Part shown: piece after piece, positions 9,050 to 18,791 of the stretch
How the letters are laid out: each line of letters begins with the position of its first letter
How positions within the stretch are numbered: the first letter of the stretch is position 1
Assembly: GCA_023267755.1 (NCBI GenBank)
Contig: JAHFMR010000004.1
Span: 8,535-72,534, forward strand
Direction of reading: 5' to 3'
Origin: a bacterium
GTDB taxonomy: Bacteria > Patescibacteriota > Minisyncoccia > Phycocordibacterales > Phycocordibacteraceae
DNA: 64,000 bases
The notes under the pieces: generated by a model
What the model saw: only the letters and a program-made list of their open reading frames with translations
Databases searched by the model: none
Told to the model about the DNA's origin: nothing
Program-made: the position numbers and the translations under genes

Positions 9050-9610
9050 ATGAACAACCACACCGTCTCGCAGTCGGCATTTGCTCATTTCTTCACCGCC
9101 AACTCTGCCAGTGCTCCGCTCTGGCTCCTCGCCCGCCTCTATCTCGGATATCAGTTTATTATGGCCGGCTGGGAGAAAGTCATAAATCCCGTGTGGTTCG
9201 GCTCGGGCGCTGGCGCGGCGCTCCAAGGATTCATAAACGGCGCGCTCGCCAAGACGGTCTGCGCTCCGGGGGTCCCTGCGGCGGCCTGCCACCCTGATGT
9301 ACAGATGTGGTACGCCTCCTTCCTCCAGAGTGCAGTGCTTCCCCACGTCAATCTTTGGTCAAACGCGGTCGCTCTCGGAGAACTCGCAATCGGCCTCGGC
9401 CTCATTGTCGGGCTCTGCACCGGTACCGCCGCCTTCTTCGCCTTCTTTATGTCGCTCAACTTCCTCCTCTCTGGCACGGTGAGCATCAATCCCATCATCA
9501 TCGTGATCGCGATAAGCATCTTCTCGGCACGACGCGTCGCCGGCTACTGGGGTCTCGATCGTTATGCACGGCCGTTTCTAGAGAAGAGTTTCGGCTCTCG
9601 CAGTCAATAA
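9050..9610 (+). CDS. DoxX-family membrane protein
   Basis: 4-TM profile, LARLYLGYQFIMAGWEK motif typical of DoxX. Confidence 0.5.
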   Translation: MNNHTVSQSAFAHFFTANSASAPLWLLARLYLGYQFIMAGWEKVINPVWFGSGAGAALQGFINGALAKTVCAPGVPAAACHPDVQMWYASFLQSAVLPHVNLWSNAVALGELAIGLGLIVGLCTGTAAFFAFFMSLNFLLSGTVSINPIIIVIAISIFSARRVAGYWGLDRYARPFLEKSFGSRSQ

Positions 9611-9618
9611 TATTTTCC

Positions 9619-10122
9619 GTGGAAAAGTGGATTAGAAAATTACCCCGCTCGCGCGTGGACTATCCTTCGCAGAAACGCGACCAGCTGAAGTACTGGGTCT
9701 GGAAAGCGTACACTCCGCTTCACCCGCTTGTGCGCAATGCGTCATATCGCCTCGGCGTCGGGAGATTCTTATTGCGACGCGTGTTCCCAGAGATGAAACA
9801 GACCGGCCGACAGGATTTCCTCATCGGGACGCTTGACCCCGCGCATTCGGTACGCGATTTCGTCTCGTTCCTCATCGAACAAGGATTCGGAAATCACTTT
9901 GTCGCGTGGAAGGATTCTGACGAGCTTGTGAGTCTTCGGCGCACTGACGGCTTTCGACATCAATATCATATCCGCATCTTCAAAGACGGAGAGGTGCGCT
10001 GTCACTACGAGTTTACGCCGGAGTATCACCCTATTCGCCACCTTATACGCATCGGCTTTGAAGACCGTAACCAGGAGTTCAGAACGCTTATGCAAGACTG
10101 GCTCCTCCCGCTCACACGATGA
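9619..10122 (+). CDS. Hypothetical protein (start uncertain: GTG 9619 or ATG ~9793); stop overlaps the glycerate kinase start (ATGA)
   Basis: ORF track; translational coupling with the next gene; no recognisable domain. Confidence 0.3.
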   Translation: MEKWIRKLPRSRVDYPSQKRDQLKYWVWKAYTPLHPLVRNASYRLGVGRFLLRRVFPEMKQTGRQDFLIGTLDPAHSVRDFVSFLIEQGFGNHFVAWKDSDELVSLRRTDGFRHQYHIRIFKDGEVRCHYEFTPEYHPIRHLIRIGFEDRNQEFRTLMQDWLLPLTR

Positions 10123-11432
10123 TCCACCGCATACAAAACCTCGAGGAGCTTGCTACTGGTAACGCCAAGCGTCTCGACGCACTCGCTATCGCCGAAGCTG
10201 GCTATGCGGCTATCAACACCGGCGAAGCATTGCGGCGCAAGATGTGGGTGGAGACGGATGGGATTCATATCGGCGGGAAGATATACCCCACCGCCGAGCG
10301 GCAAGTATATTTCGTCGGCATCGGCAAGTGCGCCTTTGACGCCGCAGAAGCTATTGAGGATATCTTCGGCGATCTCCTCATTGCTGGCATTGCCTTCGGT
10401 GTGGGCTCCCAAGAAAAAAGCCAACTCAATAAGATACAACCCTATAGCGGGACACACCCGCTCCCGAGCGAAGCGAATGTGGTGGCAACAAGGCACGTTA
10501 TGGAGTTCCTTTCGGATCGCACGGAAAACGACCTCGTCATTATGCTCATCTCGGGTGGCGGTTCGACACTGCTCTGCTCCCCCTCCGGAGTGATGACCTG
10601 TCTCGATGAGAGCACCCTCTTCAGCGAACTCACCGCACGTGGCGCAACAATTCAAGACATCAACACCGTACGCAAACACACCTCGCTCGCGCGCGGCGGT
10701 GCGCTCGCAGAAGCTGCCTACCCAGCCGAAGTTCTCGCTCTCATCGCTTCTGACGTCCCTGGGAATGACATCCCCTCTATTGCTTCTGGCCCGACCGTTC
10801 TCGATTCCTCGACCATCGCCGACGCGGAAATAATCCTCGCGAAGTACAGTGTCGCCGCCGCAGGCATCACGCTCATTGAGACGCCGAAGGACGCAAGATA
10901 TTTTGAGCGTGTCACAAACACGCTCTTCATCACCAGCCAGGATGCTCTCCTTGCGATGCAGGAAGAGGCGACACGACGCGGTTATCAGGCCACTATCGTG
11001 GCCGACTGCTTCACTGGTGAGGCACGCGAGGTGGGGCGCTCTGTTGTAGAGAAGTTGCATACAGTGAACACTGGCTCTGCTCTGCTCTACGCGGGTGAAA
11101 GCACTGTTATGATTAACGGTGACGGCAAGGGTTCCTCGACTCCGCTCGGGGCAGGCGGGCGCAATCAGGAGATGTCGCTCGCCGCGCTTAGCGACATTCG
11201 CGAGGGAGAGCTTCTTCTCCCCTTTGCCTCCGACGGGCGCGATAACACCGACCACGCGGGCGCGATTGCCGATAGTACGACGCTCGCTCACGCGCACGAA
11301 CAAAACCTCGCCCCCGAAGATTATCTCGCCACCCATCGCTCCTACGACTTCTTTACAACAACGCGCGATGCCCTCTTAACGGGGTATACTGGATCTAATG
11401 TATCTGACCTTATTATCGCCCTTAAGAAATAA
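10119..11432 (+). CDS. Glycerate 2-kinase (MOFRL family; hydroxypyruvate reductase-associated GckA/TtuD type)
   Basis: DLVIMLISGGGSTLLCSP and C-terminal MOFRL-like region; 437 aa. Confidence 0.7.
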   Translation: MIHRIQNLEELATGNAKRLDALAIAEAGYAAINTGEALRRKMWVETDGIHIGGKIYPTAERQVYFVGIGKCAFDAAEAIEDIFGDLLIAGIAFGVGSQEKSQLNKIQPYSGTHPLPSEANVVATRHVMEFLSDRTENDLVIMLISGGGSTLLCSPSGVMTCLDESTLFSELTARGATIQDINTVRKHTSLARGGALAEAAYPAEVLALIASDVPGNDIPSIASGPTVLDSSTIADAEIILAKYSVAAAGITLIETPKDARYFERVTNTLFITSQDALLAMQEEATRRGYQATIVADCFTGEAREVGRSVVEKLHTVNTGSALLYAGESTVMINGDGKGSSTPLGAGGRNQEMSLAALSDIREGELLLPFASDGRDNTDHAGAIADSTTLAHAHEQNLAPEDYLATHRSYDFFTTTRDALLTGYTGSNVSDLIIALKK

Positions 11433-11436
11433 CCCT

Positions 11437-11895
11437 ATGAAAACTCGTTCTCAAGGCTTCACTCTTATCGAACTTCTCGTCGTCATCGCTATCATCGGTG
11501 TGCTCTCGGCGGTCGTCCTCGCTTCGCTCAACACCGCCCGCTCCAAGGGCAACGATGCCGCAATCCAGTCAGATCTGGCCGCAATCCAGACTCAATCAGA
11601 GATTTTCTATGGATCCAATGGCAACAAATATGACTCTTCTGGTGGTACTACATCCACGTGTTCTGGTGCTGGCACGCTGTGGTCCGACACAACGATTATT
11701 AAAGCAGTAACGGCGGCTCAGAAAGCTGCAGGTAATGTAGCGGCAGTCTGCGGTTCGAACGCTTCTGCATATGCTATTCAAGTAAAGTTGAATAGTCTTA
11801 AATCTGGTGCCACTCAATTCTGGTGCGTTGATGCGTCAGGGATGGCATCGACGTCACCGACGCTTATGCTTGGTGGTGCTATCGCTTGTCCGTAA
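11437..11895 (+). CDS. Type IV pilin (prepilin with N-terminal cleavage/methylation domain)
   Basis: MKTRSQG-FTLIELLVVIAIIGVLSAVVLASLNTARSKGNDAA; paralog of 32584..32997 and 33035..33490. Confidence 0.85.
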   Translation: MKTRSQGFTLIELLVVIAIIGVLSAVVLASLNTARSKGNDAAIQSDLAAIQTQSEIFYGSNGNKYDSSGGTTSTCSGAGTLWSDTTIIKAVTAAQKAAGNVAAVCGSNASAYAIQVKLNSLKSGATQFWCVDASGMASTSPTLMLGGAIACP

Positions 11896-11921
11896 GATTG
11901 CTCGGCGCGTAATCCATAACA

Positions 11922-14345
11922 ATGAAAAACGCCCACATACTCTGGATGAAAGACACCAGTATGGACGATGTCGCTCAGGTCGGCGGCAAGAACGCCTCGC
12001 TCGGCGAGCTTATCCGTTCGATGGTTCCCCGGGGAGTGCGCGTGCCTGAGGGGTTCTGTGTCACTGCCGAGGCGTACTATTATTTTCTCAAAGAGACTGG
12101 GCTTGATGTGTTTATCGAGGAAACGCTTCGCGGATTGGACACGCGCAATCTGAAAGAACTCTCTCGCTGCGGCAAGCTCATACGCGATAAGATGCGCGCC
12201 ACGCCGCTCCCCACCCGTCTCGAGCGCTCTATCATCGACGCGTACACGCAGATGGAGAAGCAGTACGGAAAGAAGACTGACGTCGCGGTGCGCTCCTCGG
12301 CGACCGCTGAGGATCTTCCGGGCGCCTCGTTTGCCGGCGAACAGGAGACTTATTTGAATATTCGCGGAGCTAAGGACGTTGTTCGCGCCACGGTCTGGAC
12401 GATGGCCTCCCTCTTCACCGATCGCGCCATCTCCTATCGCGCTGACAGAGGATTCGACCATATGCGAGTCGCGCTCTCGGTGGGGGTACAGAAGATGGTC
12501 CGCTCAGACAAAGGTGCGTCCGGGGTGATGTTCACTGTGGACACCGAGAGTGGCTTCCGCGATATCGTCGTCGTGAACGCCACCTACGGGCTTGGCGAGA
12601 TGATTGTACAGGGCCACGTCACTCCAGACGAGTACCTCGTGAGCAAATCGCGCATCGGCAAGGTAAAGACACCCATCATCTCCAAGAAGATTGGTAAGAA
12701 CACCCGGAAGATGATCTACGATACTGGCAAGGCGGCGGTCGAGCAGACCAAAATAGTTGCGACGCCAGTCGCCGATACCAAACGCTTCGTCCTCACCGAC
12801 GATGAAATAGTCACGATGGCGACCTGGGGAAAAATTGTTGAGGAGCATTACAGCGAGCGAGCTAAGAAGTGGACACCGATGGATATGGAGTGGGCCAAGG
12901 ACGGTATCTCGGGTGAACTCTTTATTGTGCAGGCACGCCCCGAGACAGTACAGGCAGGGCGCGACTTCACCACGCTTGTCGAATATAAAGTGACCGGCCA
13001 AGGCAAGGAGCTCGTACGCGGTATCTCGGTGGGCTCGAAGGTCGCGGTGGGCAAGGTGCACGTGATTATGAACCCGAAACAGATTAGAGAGTTCAAGAAG
13101 GGCGAAGTGCTCGTCACAGCGATGACCGATCCCGACTGGGAGCCGATTATGAAGATGGCGAGTGCTATTGTCACCGACAAGGGCGGTCGCACGAGCCACG
13201 CCGCTATCGTCTCACGCGAGCTCGGCCTCCCCGCTATCGTGGGTACCGAGAATGCGACGAAGGCGCTTAAGACCGGCACACTGATTACGGTCGACACGAC
13301 CGGTAGCGCCGGCGTCGTCACGCTCGGTAAAGCAAAGAAGATTGAGATGCGCGAGCACTCACTCGGTGCCCTGCCCTCCACCAAGACCAAGATTATGGTC
13401 AACATCGCTTCGCCGGATATCGCGTTCGAGAATTCCTTCTTGCCGGTACAGGGCGTGGGGCTCGCGCGCGAGGAATTCATCATCGCAAGCGAGATCGGGG
13501 TGCACCCGCTCGCCATCCTCAATCTTAAGAAGCAGTCGCCGCGTGTGAAGAAGGCTATTCTCGAGCGAAGCGCTGGCTGGGATAATCCGGTGGACTTCTA
13601 CGTCGACAATCTCGCGTACGGCATCGCCAAGATCGGTGCCGCCTTCGCCCCGCGACCAGTCATCGTCCGCTTCTCCGATTTCAAGACCAACGAGTACGCA
13701 ACACTGCTTGGCGGTGAGGCCTACGAACCCAAAGAAGAGAACCCGATGCTCGGCTGGCGCGGCGCCTCTCGCTACTATGACCCGAAGTTTAAAGATGCAT
13801 TCGCGCTCGAGTGTAAAGCGCTCGTGAAGGTCCGCACCGATATGGGACTCACCAACGTGGTCCCGATGATCCCCTTCTGTCGCACACCGCACGAGGGCGA
13901 ACAGGTATTGAAGATTATGGCCGAGCACGGCCTTGTCGCCAAATCACTCTCCAAGGGAAACAATAAAACCACGCCGGTCTACGTGATGTGCGAGATACCG
14001 AGCAACATCCTCTTAGCTGAAGAGTTCCTCGACCTCTTCGACGGAATGTCGATAGGCAGCAACGATCTCACCCAGCTCACACTCGGTCTCGATCGTGACT
14101 CCGGCATCGTGACACATATTAGTAATGAGAACGATGAAGCCGTCCGCGCGCTCGTGAGCCAGATTATCCGCAAGTGTACGGCGCGTGGAAAATATATCGG
14201 CATCTGCGGACAAGGCCCCTCCGACCTGCCCGATTTCGCTGAATTTCTCGTGAAGGAGGGTATCGAGAGTATGTCGCTGAACCCGGACTCGGTCGTGAAG
14301 ACGCTCGAGCACATCGCCCAAATAGAGGAGAGGCTCGATCGCTAA
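11922..14345 (+). CDS. ppsA: Phosphoenolpyruvate synthase (pyruvate, water dikinase)
   Basis: N-terminal WMKDTSMDDVAQVGGKNASLGE and PEP-utilising/mobile His domains; 807 aa. Confidence 0.9.
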   Translation: MKNAHILWMKDTSMDDVAQVGGKNASLGELIRSMVPRGVRVPEGFCVTAEAYYYFLKETGLDVFIEETLRGLDTRNLKELSRCGKLIRDKMRATPLPTRLERSIIDAYTQMEKQYGKKTDVAVRSSATAEDLPGASFAGEQETYLNIRGAKDVVRATVWTMASLFTDRAISYRADRGFDHMRVALSVGVQKMVRSDKGASGVMFTVDTESGFRDIVVVNATYGLGEMIVQGHVTPDEYLVSKSRIGKVKTPIISKKIGKNTRKMIYDTGKAAVEQTKIVATPVADTKRFVLTDDEIVTMATWGKIVEEHYSERAKKWTPMDMEWAKDGISGELFIVQARPETVQAGRDFTTLVEYKVTGQGKELVRGISVGSKVAVGKVHVIMNPKQIREFKKGEVLVTAMTDPDWEPIMKMASAIVTDKGGRTSHAAIVSRELGLPAIVGTENATKALKTGTLITVDTTGSAGVVTLGKAKKIEMREHSLGALPSTKTKIMVNIASPDIAFENSFLPVQGVGLAREEFIIASEIGVHPLAILNLKKQSPRVKKAILERSAGWDNPVDFYVDNLAYGIAKIGAAFAPRPVIVRFSDFKTNEYATLLGGEAYEPKEENPMLGWRGASRYYDPKFKDAFALECKALVKVRTDMGLTNVVPMIPFCRTPHEGEQVLKIMAEHGLVAKSLSKGNNKTTPVYVMCEIPSNILLAEEFLDLFDGMSIGSNDLTQLTLGLDRDSGIVTHISNENDEAVRALVSQIIRKCTARGKYIGICGQGPSDLPDFAEFLVKEGIESMSLNPDSVVKTLEHIAQIEERLDR

Positions 14346-14346
14346 T

Positions 14347-15552
14347 ATGCGAATCGACGCTCTCACTGCCCGATCAATCCCGGATACGCGTGGCCGTCCG
14401 ACTATCGAAGTCACGCTTCAAGGTTCGACCTTGAAGGCCACTGCAAGCGTCCCCTCGGGTAAGTCCACCGGCTCGCATGAAGCGTTCGAGCTGCGCGACG
14501 AGGATGGCGGCGTGCAGACGGCAGTCGCTCATGCAAACGGAGAGATTGCACAAACAATCGTTGGACGACAATTCGACACGCTCGACGAGCTGGACACGCT
14601 CCTCATCGAGCTCGACGGCACACCGAATAAGTCACGCCTCGGAGCCAACGCTATCCTCGCTGTCTCTATCGCCGCACAACGTCTCGCGGCACAGCTCGAA
14701 GGCATCCCGCTCTGGAGAGCGATTGCAACCCGCGCGGGTACGACTCCGTCTGCACCACGCCTCTATGTGAACGTGATGAATGGCGGTGTGCACGCTGACT
14801 TCCGTCTCCCCTTCCAGGAGTACATCCTCGTCGTCGAGGGGGCGACGAGCGAAGCACTCCCTATCGCCCGCGAAGTATTCGCGAAGCTCGGTGAGAAGCT
14901 CGGTAACGCCCCGATGGGTGACGAGGGCGGTTACGCGCCGACCTTCGCCACGCTCGAAGAGCCGTTTGACCTGCTCGCTCCACTTGTCGCGGAGCATTCG
15001 CACACTTCTATCGCTATCGACGCCGCCGCAAGCGAATTTTATAAAGATGGAGTCTACACTCTTCTCAGCAAAGCATATTCTCCCGACGAACTCACAACGG
15101 TTTACCGTGAGCTCACCGAACGCTTCCCTATCCATAGCATAGAAGACCCTTTTTCTGAAGATGCCGCGAGAGATTTCACTCGTCTCACTGCCGCCATCGG
15201 CAACCCCTCGACTTCGCTCGGGGCAGGCAAAGTACTTATCGTTGGCGACGATCTCACCGTCACCAATCCGTCGCGCATCGCCTCTGCAGCGAATACTAAA
15301 GAGATAAACGCTGTCCTCATCAAGCCCAATCAGATTGGCTCGGTGAAAGAAGCAATTGAGGCGGTGCGGGCTACCTATGCCGCCGGCTTTGTCGCTATCG
15401 CCTCACATCGCTCCGGCGAGACCGACGACACCTTCATCGCCGACTTTGCCTACGGCATCGGCGCACACGGCATCAAGGCCGGCGGCCTCGGCCAGAAGGA
15501 ACGCCTGGAGAAATATGAGCGCCTGCTTGAGATAGAACAAGAAGCTCGTTAA
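14347..15552 (+). CDS. eno: Enolase
   Basis: SGKSTGSHEAFELRD and IKPNQIGSVKEAIEAV motifs. Confidence 0.9.
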   Translation: MRIDALTARSIPDTRGRPTIEVTLQGSTLKATASVPSGKSTGSHEAFELRDEDGGVQTAVAHANGEIAQTIVGRQFDTLDELDTLLIELDGTPNKSRLGANAILAVSIAAQRLAAQLEGIPLWRAIATRAGTTPSAPRLYVNVMNGGVHADFRLPFQEYILVVEGATSEALPIAREVFAKLGEKLGNAPMGDEGGYAPTFATLEEPFDLLAPLVAEHSHTSIAIDAAASEFYKDGVYTLLSKAYSPDELTTVYRELTERFPIHSIEDPFSEDAARDFTRLTAAIGNPSTSLGAGKVLIVGDDLTVTNPSRIASAANTKEINAVLIKPNQIGSVKEAIEAVRATYAAGFVAIASHRSGETDDTFIADFAYGIGAHGIKAGGLGQKERLEKYERLLEIEQEAR

Positions 15553-15629
15553 TTTGCATATACGGCGATACCGTTGTATCGTCCCTTCGGAAAGCAGCAC
15601 TTCATAATCCCCCTACGGAGGAACACACC

Positions 15630-17093
15630 GTGAGATATATCAGCACACGCGGGCTCGCGCCTGCAGTACCCTTCTGCGACGTCCTGCTCGCCGGGCTCGC
15701 GCCCGATGGCGGGCTCTACGTGCCAGAAACATATCCGAAGATGACCACGAAGGAACTTGCCGCTCTGCGATATGCCTCATATTCTGAAGTGGCATTCAAG
15801 GTCCTGTCCAGGTTCATCGACGACATCCCGCCTGCGGATCTTCTGGCTATTTGCGATAAGACGTACACCGCGGAGAACTTCAAACATTCCCGCAATGGCG
15901 CCGATCCCAAACAGATTGTCCCGCTTACCTGGCTCTGGGAGACAACGTCCCGTCTCGGAAATCACGGCCTAGGCATCCTTGAGCTCTCAAACGGCCCGAC
16001 ACTCGCCTTCAAGGATCTCGGCCTGCAACTGCTCGGCAACTTGTTCGAGTACGTGCTGGCGAAGCGCGACGAGACGCTCAACGTCCTCGGCGCGACCTCC
16101 GGCGATACTGGCTCGGCCGCAGAGTACGCGCTGCGCGGGAAGAAAGGCATCAATGTCTTTATGCTCTCACCAGAGGGCAAGATGTCGCCCTTCCAGCGAG
16201 CGCAGATGTACAGTCTGCTGGACTCCAACATCTACAACATCGCCGTCAGAGGAATGTTCGACGATGCACAGGACGTGGTGAAGGCCGTCTCAAACGACGC
16301 CGAGTTCAAGGCCGAGTTCAAGATCGGCGCGGTCAACTCGATTAATCTGGCACGCATCATCGCTCAGGTGGTCTATTACGTGTGGGGATACCTGCGCGCG
16401 ACTGATCGAGAAAATAGCTGCGAAAAGCCCATCGACTTCGCTGTCCCGACCGGCAACTTCGGCAATATCTGTGCCGGCCACGTGGCGCGCGAGATGGGGA
16501 TCCCGATCAGGATGCTGATTCTCGCCACCAACGAGAACGACGTGCTCCACGAGTTCTTCCGCACGGGTGTCTATCGGCCGCGCAAGGCGGCTGATGTGAG
16601 CATCACTTCGAGCCCATCGATGGATATCTCGAAGGCATCAAACTTCGAGCGGTTCATCTACGACCTCGTCGCGAGCGATAGCAAGCGGGTCCGGGAATTA
16701 TTCTCGAGCAGTGACGGCTTCAATCTCTCGGGAGATGCGCACTTCAGGTCGTTGCAGAAGCGCTACCCGATGCCAAGTCACGCGAGCACGCACCTGAACC
16801 GGCTCTCGATGATCCGGACGACCTGGGAGAAATACTGCATCTTGATCGATCCGCACACAGCCGACGCAATGGCCGCTGCGAGCTATCACTTCCGGCCCAA
16901 CGAGGAGGTATCGATGATTGTTCTCGAGACCGCCCAGCCGTGCAAGTTCGACGAAACAATCCTTGAAGCAACCAGAGTTGCTCCCAAAATACCGCAAGGA
17001 CTTGTTGGCATCGAGGATCTCCCTCAGCGGGTCGTCGTGATGAACCCTGATCCGGGGGAAGTAAAGCAGTTCATTCGAGACCATTGCGCGTAA
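15630..17093 (+). CDS. thrC: Threonine synthase (long form), GTG start with GGAGG SD 9 nt upstream
   Basis: MRYISTRG...GLAPDGGLYVPETYP N-terminus; PLP-fold. Confidence 0.85.
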   Translation: MRYISTRGLAPAVPFCDVLLAGLAPDGGLYVPETYPKMTTKELAALRYASYSEVAFKVLSRFIDDIPPADLLAICDKTYTAENFKHSRNGADPKQIVPLTWLWETTSRLGNHGLGILELSNGPTLAFKDLGLQLLGNLFEYVLAKRDETLNVLGATSGDTGSAAEYALRGKKGINVFMLSPEGKMSPFQRAQMYSLLDSNIYNIAVRGMFDDAQDVVKAVSNDAEFKAEFKIGAVNSINLARIIAQVVYYVWGYLRATDRENSCEKPIDFAVPTGNFGNICAGHVAREMGIPIRMLILATNENDVLHEFFRTGVYRPRKAADVSITSSPSMDISKASNFERFIYDLVASDSKRVRELFSSSDGFNLSGDAHFRSLQKRYPMPSHASTHLNRLSMIRTTWEKYCILIDPHTADAMAAASYHFRPNEEVSMIVLETAQPCKFDETILEATRVAPKIPQGLVGIEDLPQRVVVMNPDPGEVKQFIRDHCA

Positions 17094-17111
17094 CCCCTAT
17101 GCGCAGATAGT

Positions 17112-17148
17112 AGAGCCCGCCGGCGCAAGTCGGCGGCTCTTTTTTATA
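17112..17148 (+). terminator. Rho-independent terminator after thrC
   Basis: GAGCCCGCCGG-loop-CGGCGGCTC followed by TTTTTT. Confidence 0.6.
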
Positions 17149-17188
17149 TGCAGTGGAGTAAGAAGCGGTGGCAGTGTAAAATACCTTT

Positions 17189-18160
17189 ATGAAAATACAT
17201 TACTTTATGAGCGAGGCGTGGGAGGAGGCGTACGTGCGCGAGCGACTCGCTGGTGAGGAGATAGTCTTCCACACCGGTACACTCACCGCCCACCCGGAGC
17301 TCTCGGATCCTGCTGCAGATGCTCTATGCATCTTTATCGATTCCTCCATCGGCGCAGCCGAGCTCGACCGCTTCCCTGCATTGAAGCTCATCGCCACGCG
17401 CTCCACCGGCTTTGACCATATCGACCTTGCTGCTGCCAAAGCGCGCGGCATTACCGTCGTCACCGTCCCCTTCTATGGCGAGAACACTGTTGCCGAGTTT
17501 ACCTTCGCACTCATCCTCGCGCTCTCCAGGCGCATTATCGATGCCGACGAACGCGTGCGGGAGGGCACCTTCTCGCCGCTCGGGCTGCGTGGTTTCGATC
17601 TTGAGGGTAAGACACTCGGTGTGGTTGGCACCGGCCATATCGGCGCGCACGTGATCCGTATGGCGCAAGGATTCAATATGAAGGTTGTCGGCTTCGATGC
17701 ATTCCCCAATCAGGATCTCTCGCACACGCTTAACTTCCCCTACCTCCCGCTCACCGAGCTTCTCGCGACCGCCGATATCGTGACGCTCCACGTCCCCTAC
17801 AACGAGCACACGCACCACCTTATCAATAAAGAAAATATCGGGATGTTGAAGAAGGGCTCCTATCTCATCAACACCGCTCGCGGCGCAGTCGTCGAGACCG
17901 ACGCGCTCCTCGACGCGCTTAAGAGCGAGCTGCTCGCTGGCGCAGGACTCGATGTGCTCGAGGAGGAGAGCACGATTCAGGACACTGCTTCAAAAGTTGC
18001 CGAGGAGAATCGCTACCTTATCGACCACCCGCGCGTCATCGTCACGCCGCACCTCGCCTTCAACACCACCGAAGCAGTCGAGCGGATTCTCGATACCGCC
18101 GCAGCAAACATCAAGAACTTCGCGTCGGGAGCGCCGACAAACGTCCTCCCCCTTCCCTAA
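17189..18160 (+). CDS. D-isomer-specific 2-hydroxyacid dehydrogenase (hydroxypyruvate/glyoxylate reductase or D-lactate dehydrogenase type)
   Basis: GKTLGVVGTGHIGAHV NAD-binding motif, catalytic His/Glu region. Confidence 0.8.
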   Translation: MKIHYFMSEAWEEAYVRERLAGEEIVFHTGTLTAHPELSDPAADALCIFIDSSIGAAELDRFPALKLIATRSTGFDHIDLAAAKARGITVVTVPFYGENTVAEFTFALILALSRRIIDADERVREGTFSPLGLRGFDLEGKTLGVVGTGHIGAHVIRMAQGFNMKVVGFDAFPNQDLSHTLNFPYLPLTELLATADIVTLHVPYNEHTHHLINKENIGMLKKGSYLINTARGAVVETDALLDALKSELLAGAGLDVLEEESTIQDTASKVAEENRYLIDHPRVIVTPHLAFNTTEAVERILDTAAANIKNFASGAPTNVLPLP

Positions 18161-18191
18161 AATCCGATACTCCCTACGATAAGACTTTTTT

Positions 18192-18791
18192 ATGACTCCC
18201 TCGCAAGAAAAGCCTATTGGGCCGAAGTTATTTCTTTCTCTCGGCCTTATCATCGTCTCGGGCGCGTATGCGCTCTGGCAGAATATGTCCGGCGCAAGCC
18301 AGACAGCTTTGACCACACCCACTCCTCCACAGGATCAGCAGCCCACTTCTATTCAGATTACGCCCAGTCAACCGTATATAAAAGAAGACGATGAAGACTC
18401 CGAGGAAACATCTCCTGTTGTGGTGCCCGTCAGTGCCCCGACTCCGACGCCGACTCCTGTACCTGCTCCAACCCCTGCATCGAAGCCTACGTCAAAACCC
18501 GCTGGGCTGTACGCCGACGGCTCGTACACCGGCAGCGCCGCCGATGCCTATTACGGCACCGTCCAGGTGAAGGCGGTTATCGCCGGCGGCAAGATTATCG
18601 ACGTACAGTTCCTTCAGTACCCCAACACCCGTTCCAACTCTCGCGTCATCAACAGCCAAGCATTGCCGCTCCTGACCCAAGAAGCAATCCAGGCGCAGAG
18701 CGCAAATGTAAACGGTGTTTCTGGTGCGACCTTCACTAGTGGAGCGTTCAAAGTATCTCTCGCCGCCGCGCTCGCTCTCGCGAAGAATTAA
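18192..18791 (+). CDS. Membrane-anchored FMN-binding domain protein with predicted flavinylation site
   Basis: N-terminal TM, Pro/Thr-rich linker, C-terminal FMN_bind domain with NGVSGATFTSG (ApbE target motif). Confidence 0.65.
   Translation: MTPSQEKPIGPKLFLSLGLIIVSGAYALWQNMSGASQTALTTPTPPQDQQPTSIQITPSQPYIKEDDEDSEETSPVVVPVSAPTPTPTPVPAPTPASKPTSKPAGLYADGSYTGSAADAYYGTVQVKAVIAGGKIIDVQFLQYPNTRSNSRVINSQALPLLTQEAIQAQSANVNGVSGATFTSGAFKVSLAAALALAKN

Noticed and set aside
10026-11336. 436-aa ORF antisense to glycerate kinase, and similar long antisense ORFs (12504..13522, 27189..28322, 50695..51810)
   Set aside because: High-GC DNA generates long spurious antisense ORFs. The opposite-strand genes carry clear family motifs (MOFRL, PpsA, LigA, RNase J) while these ORFs have none.
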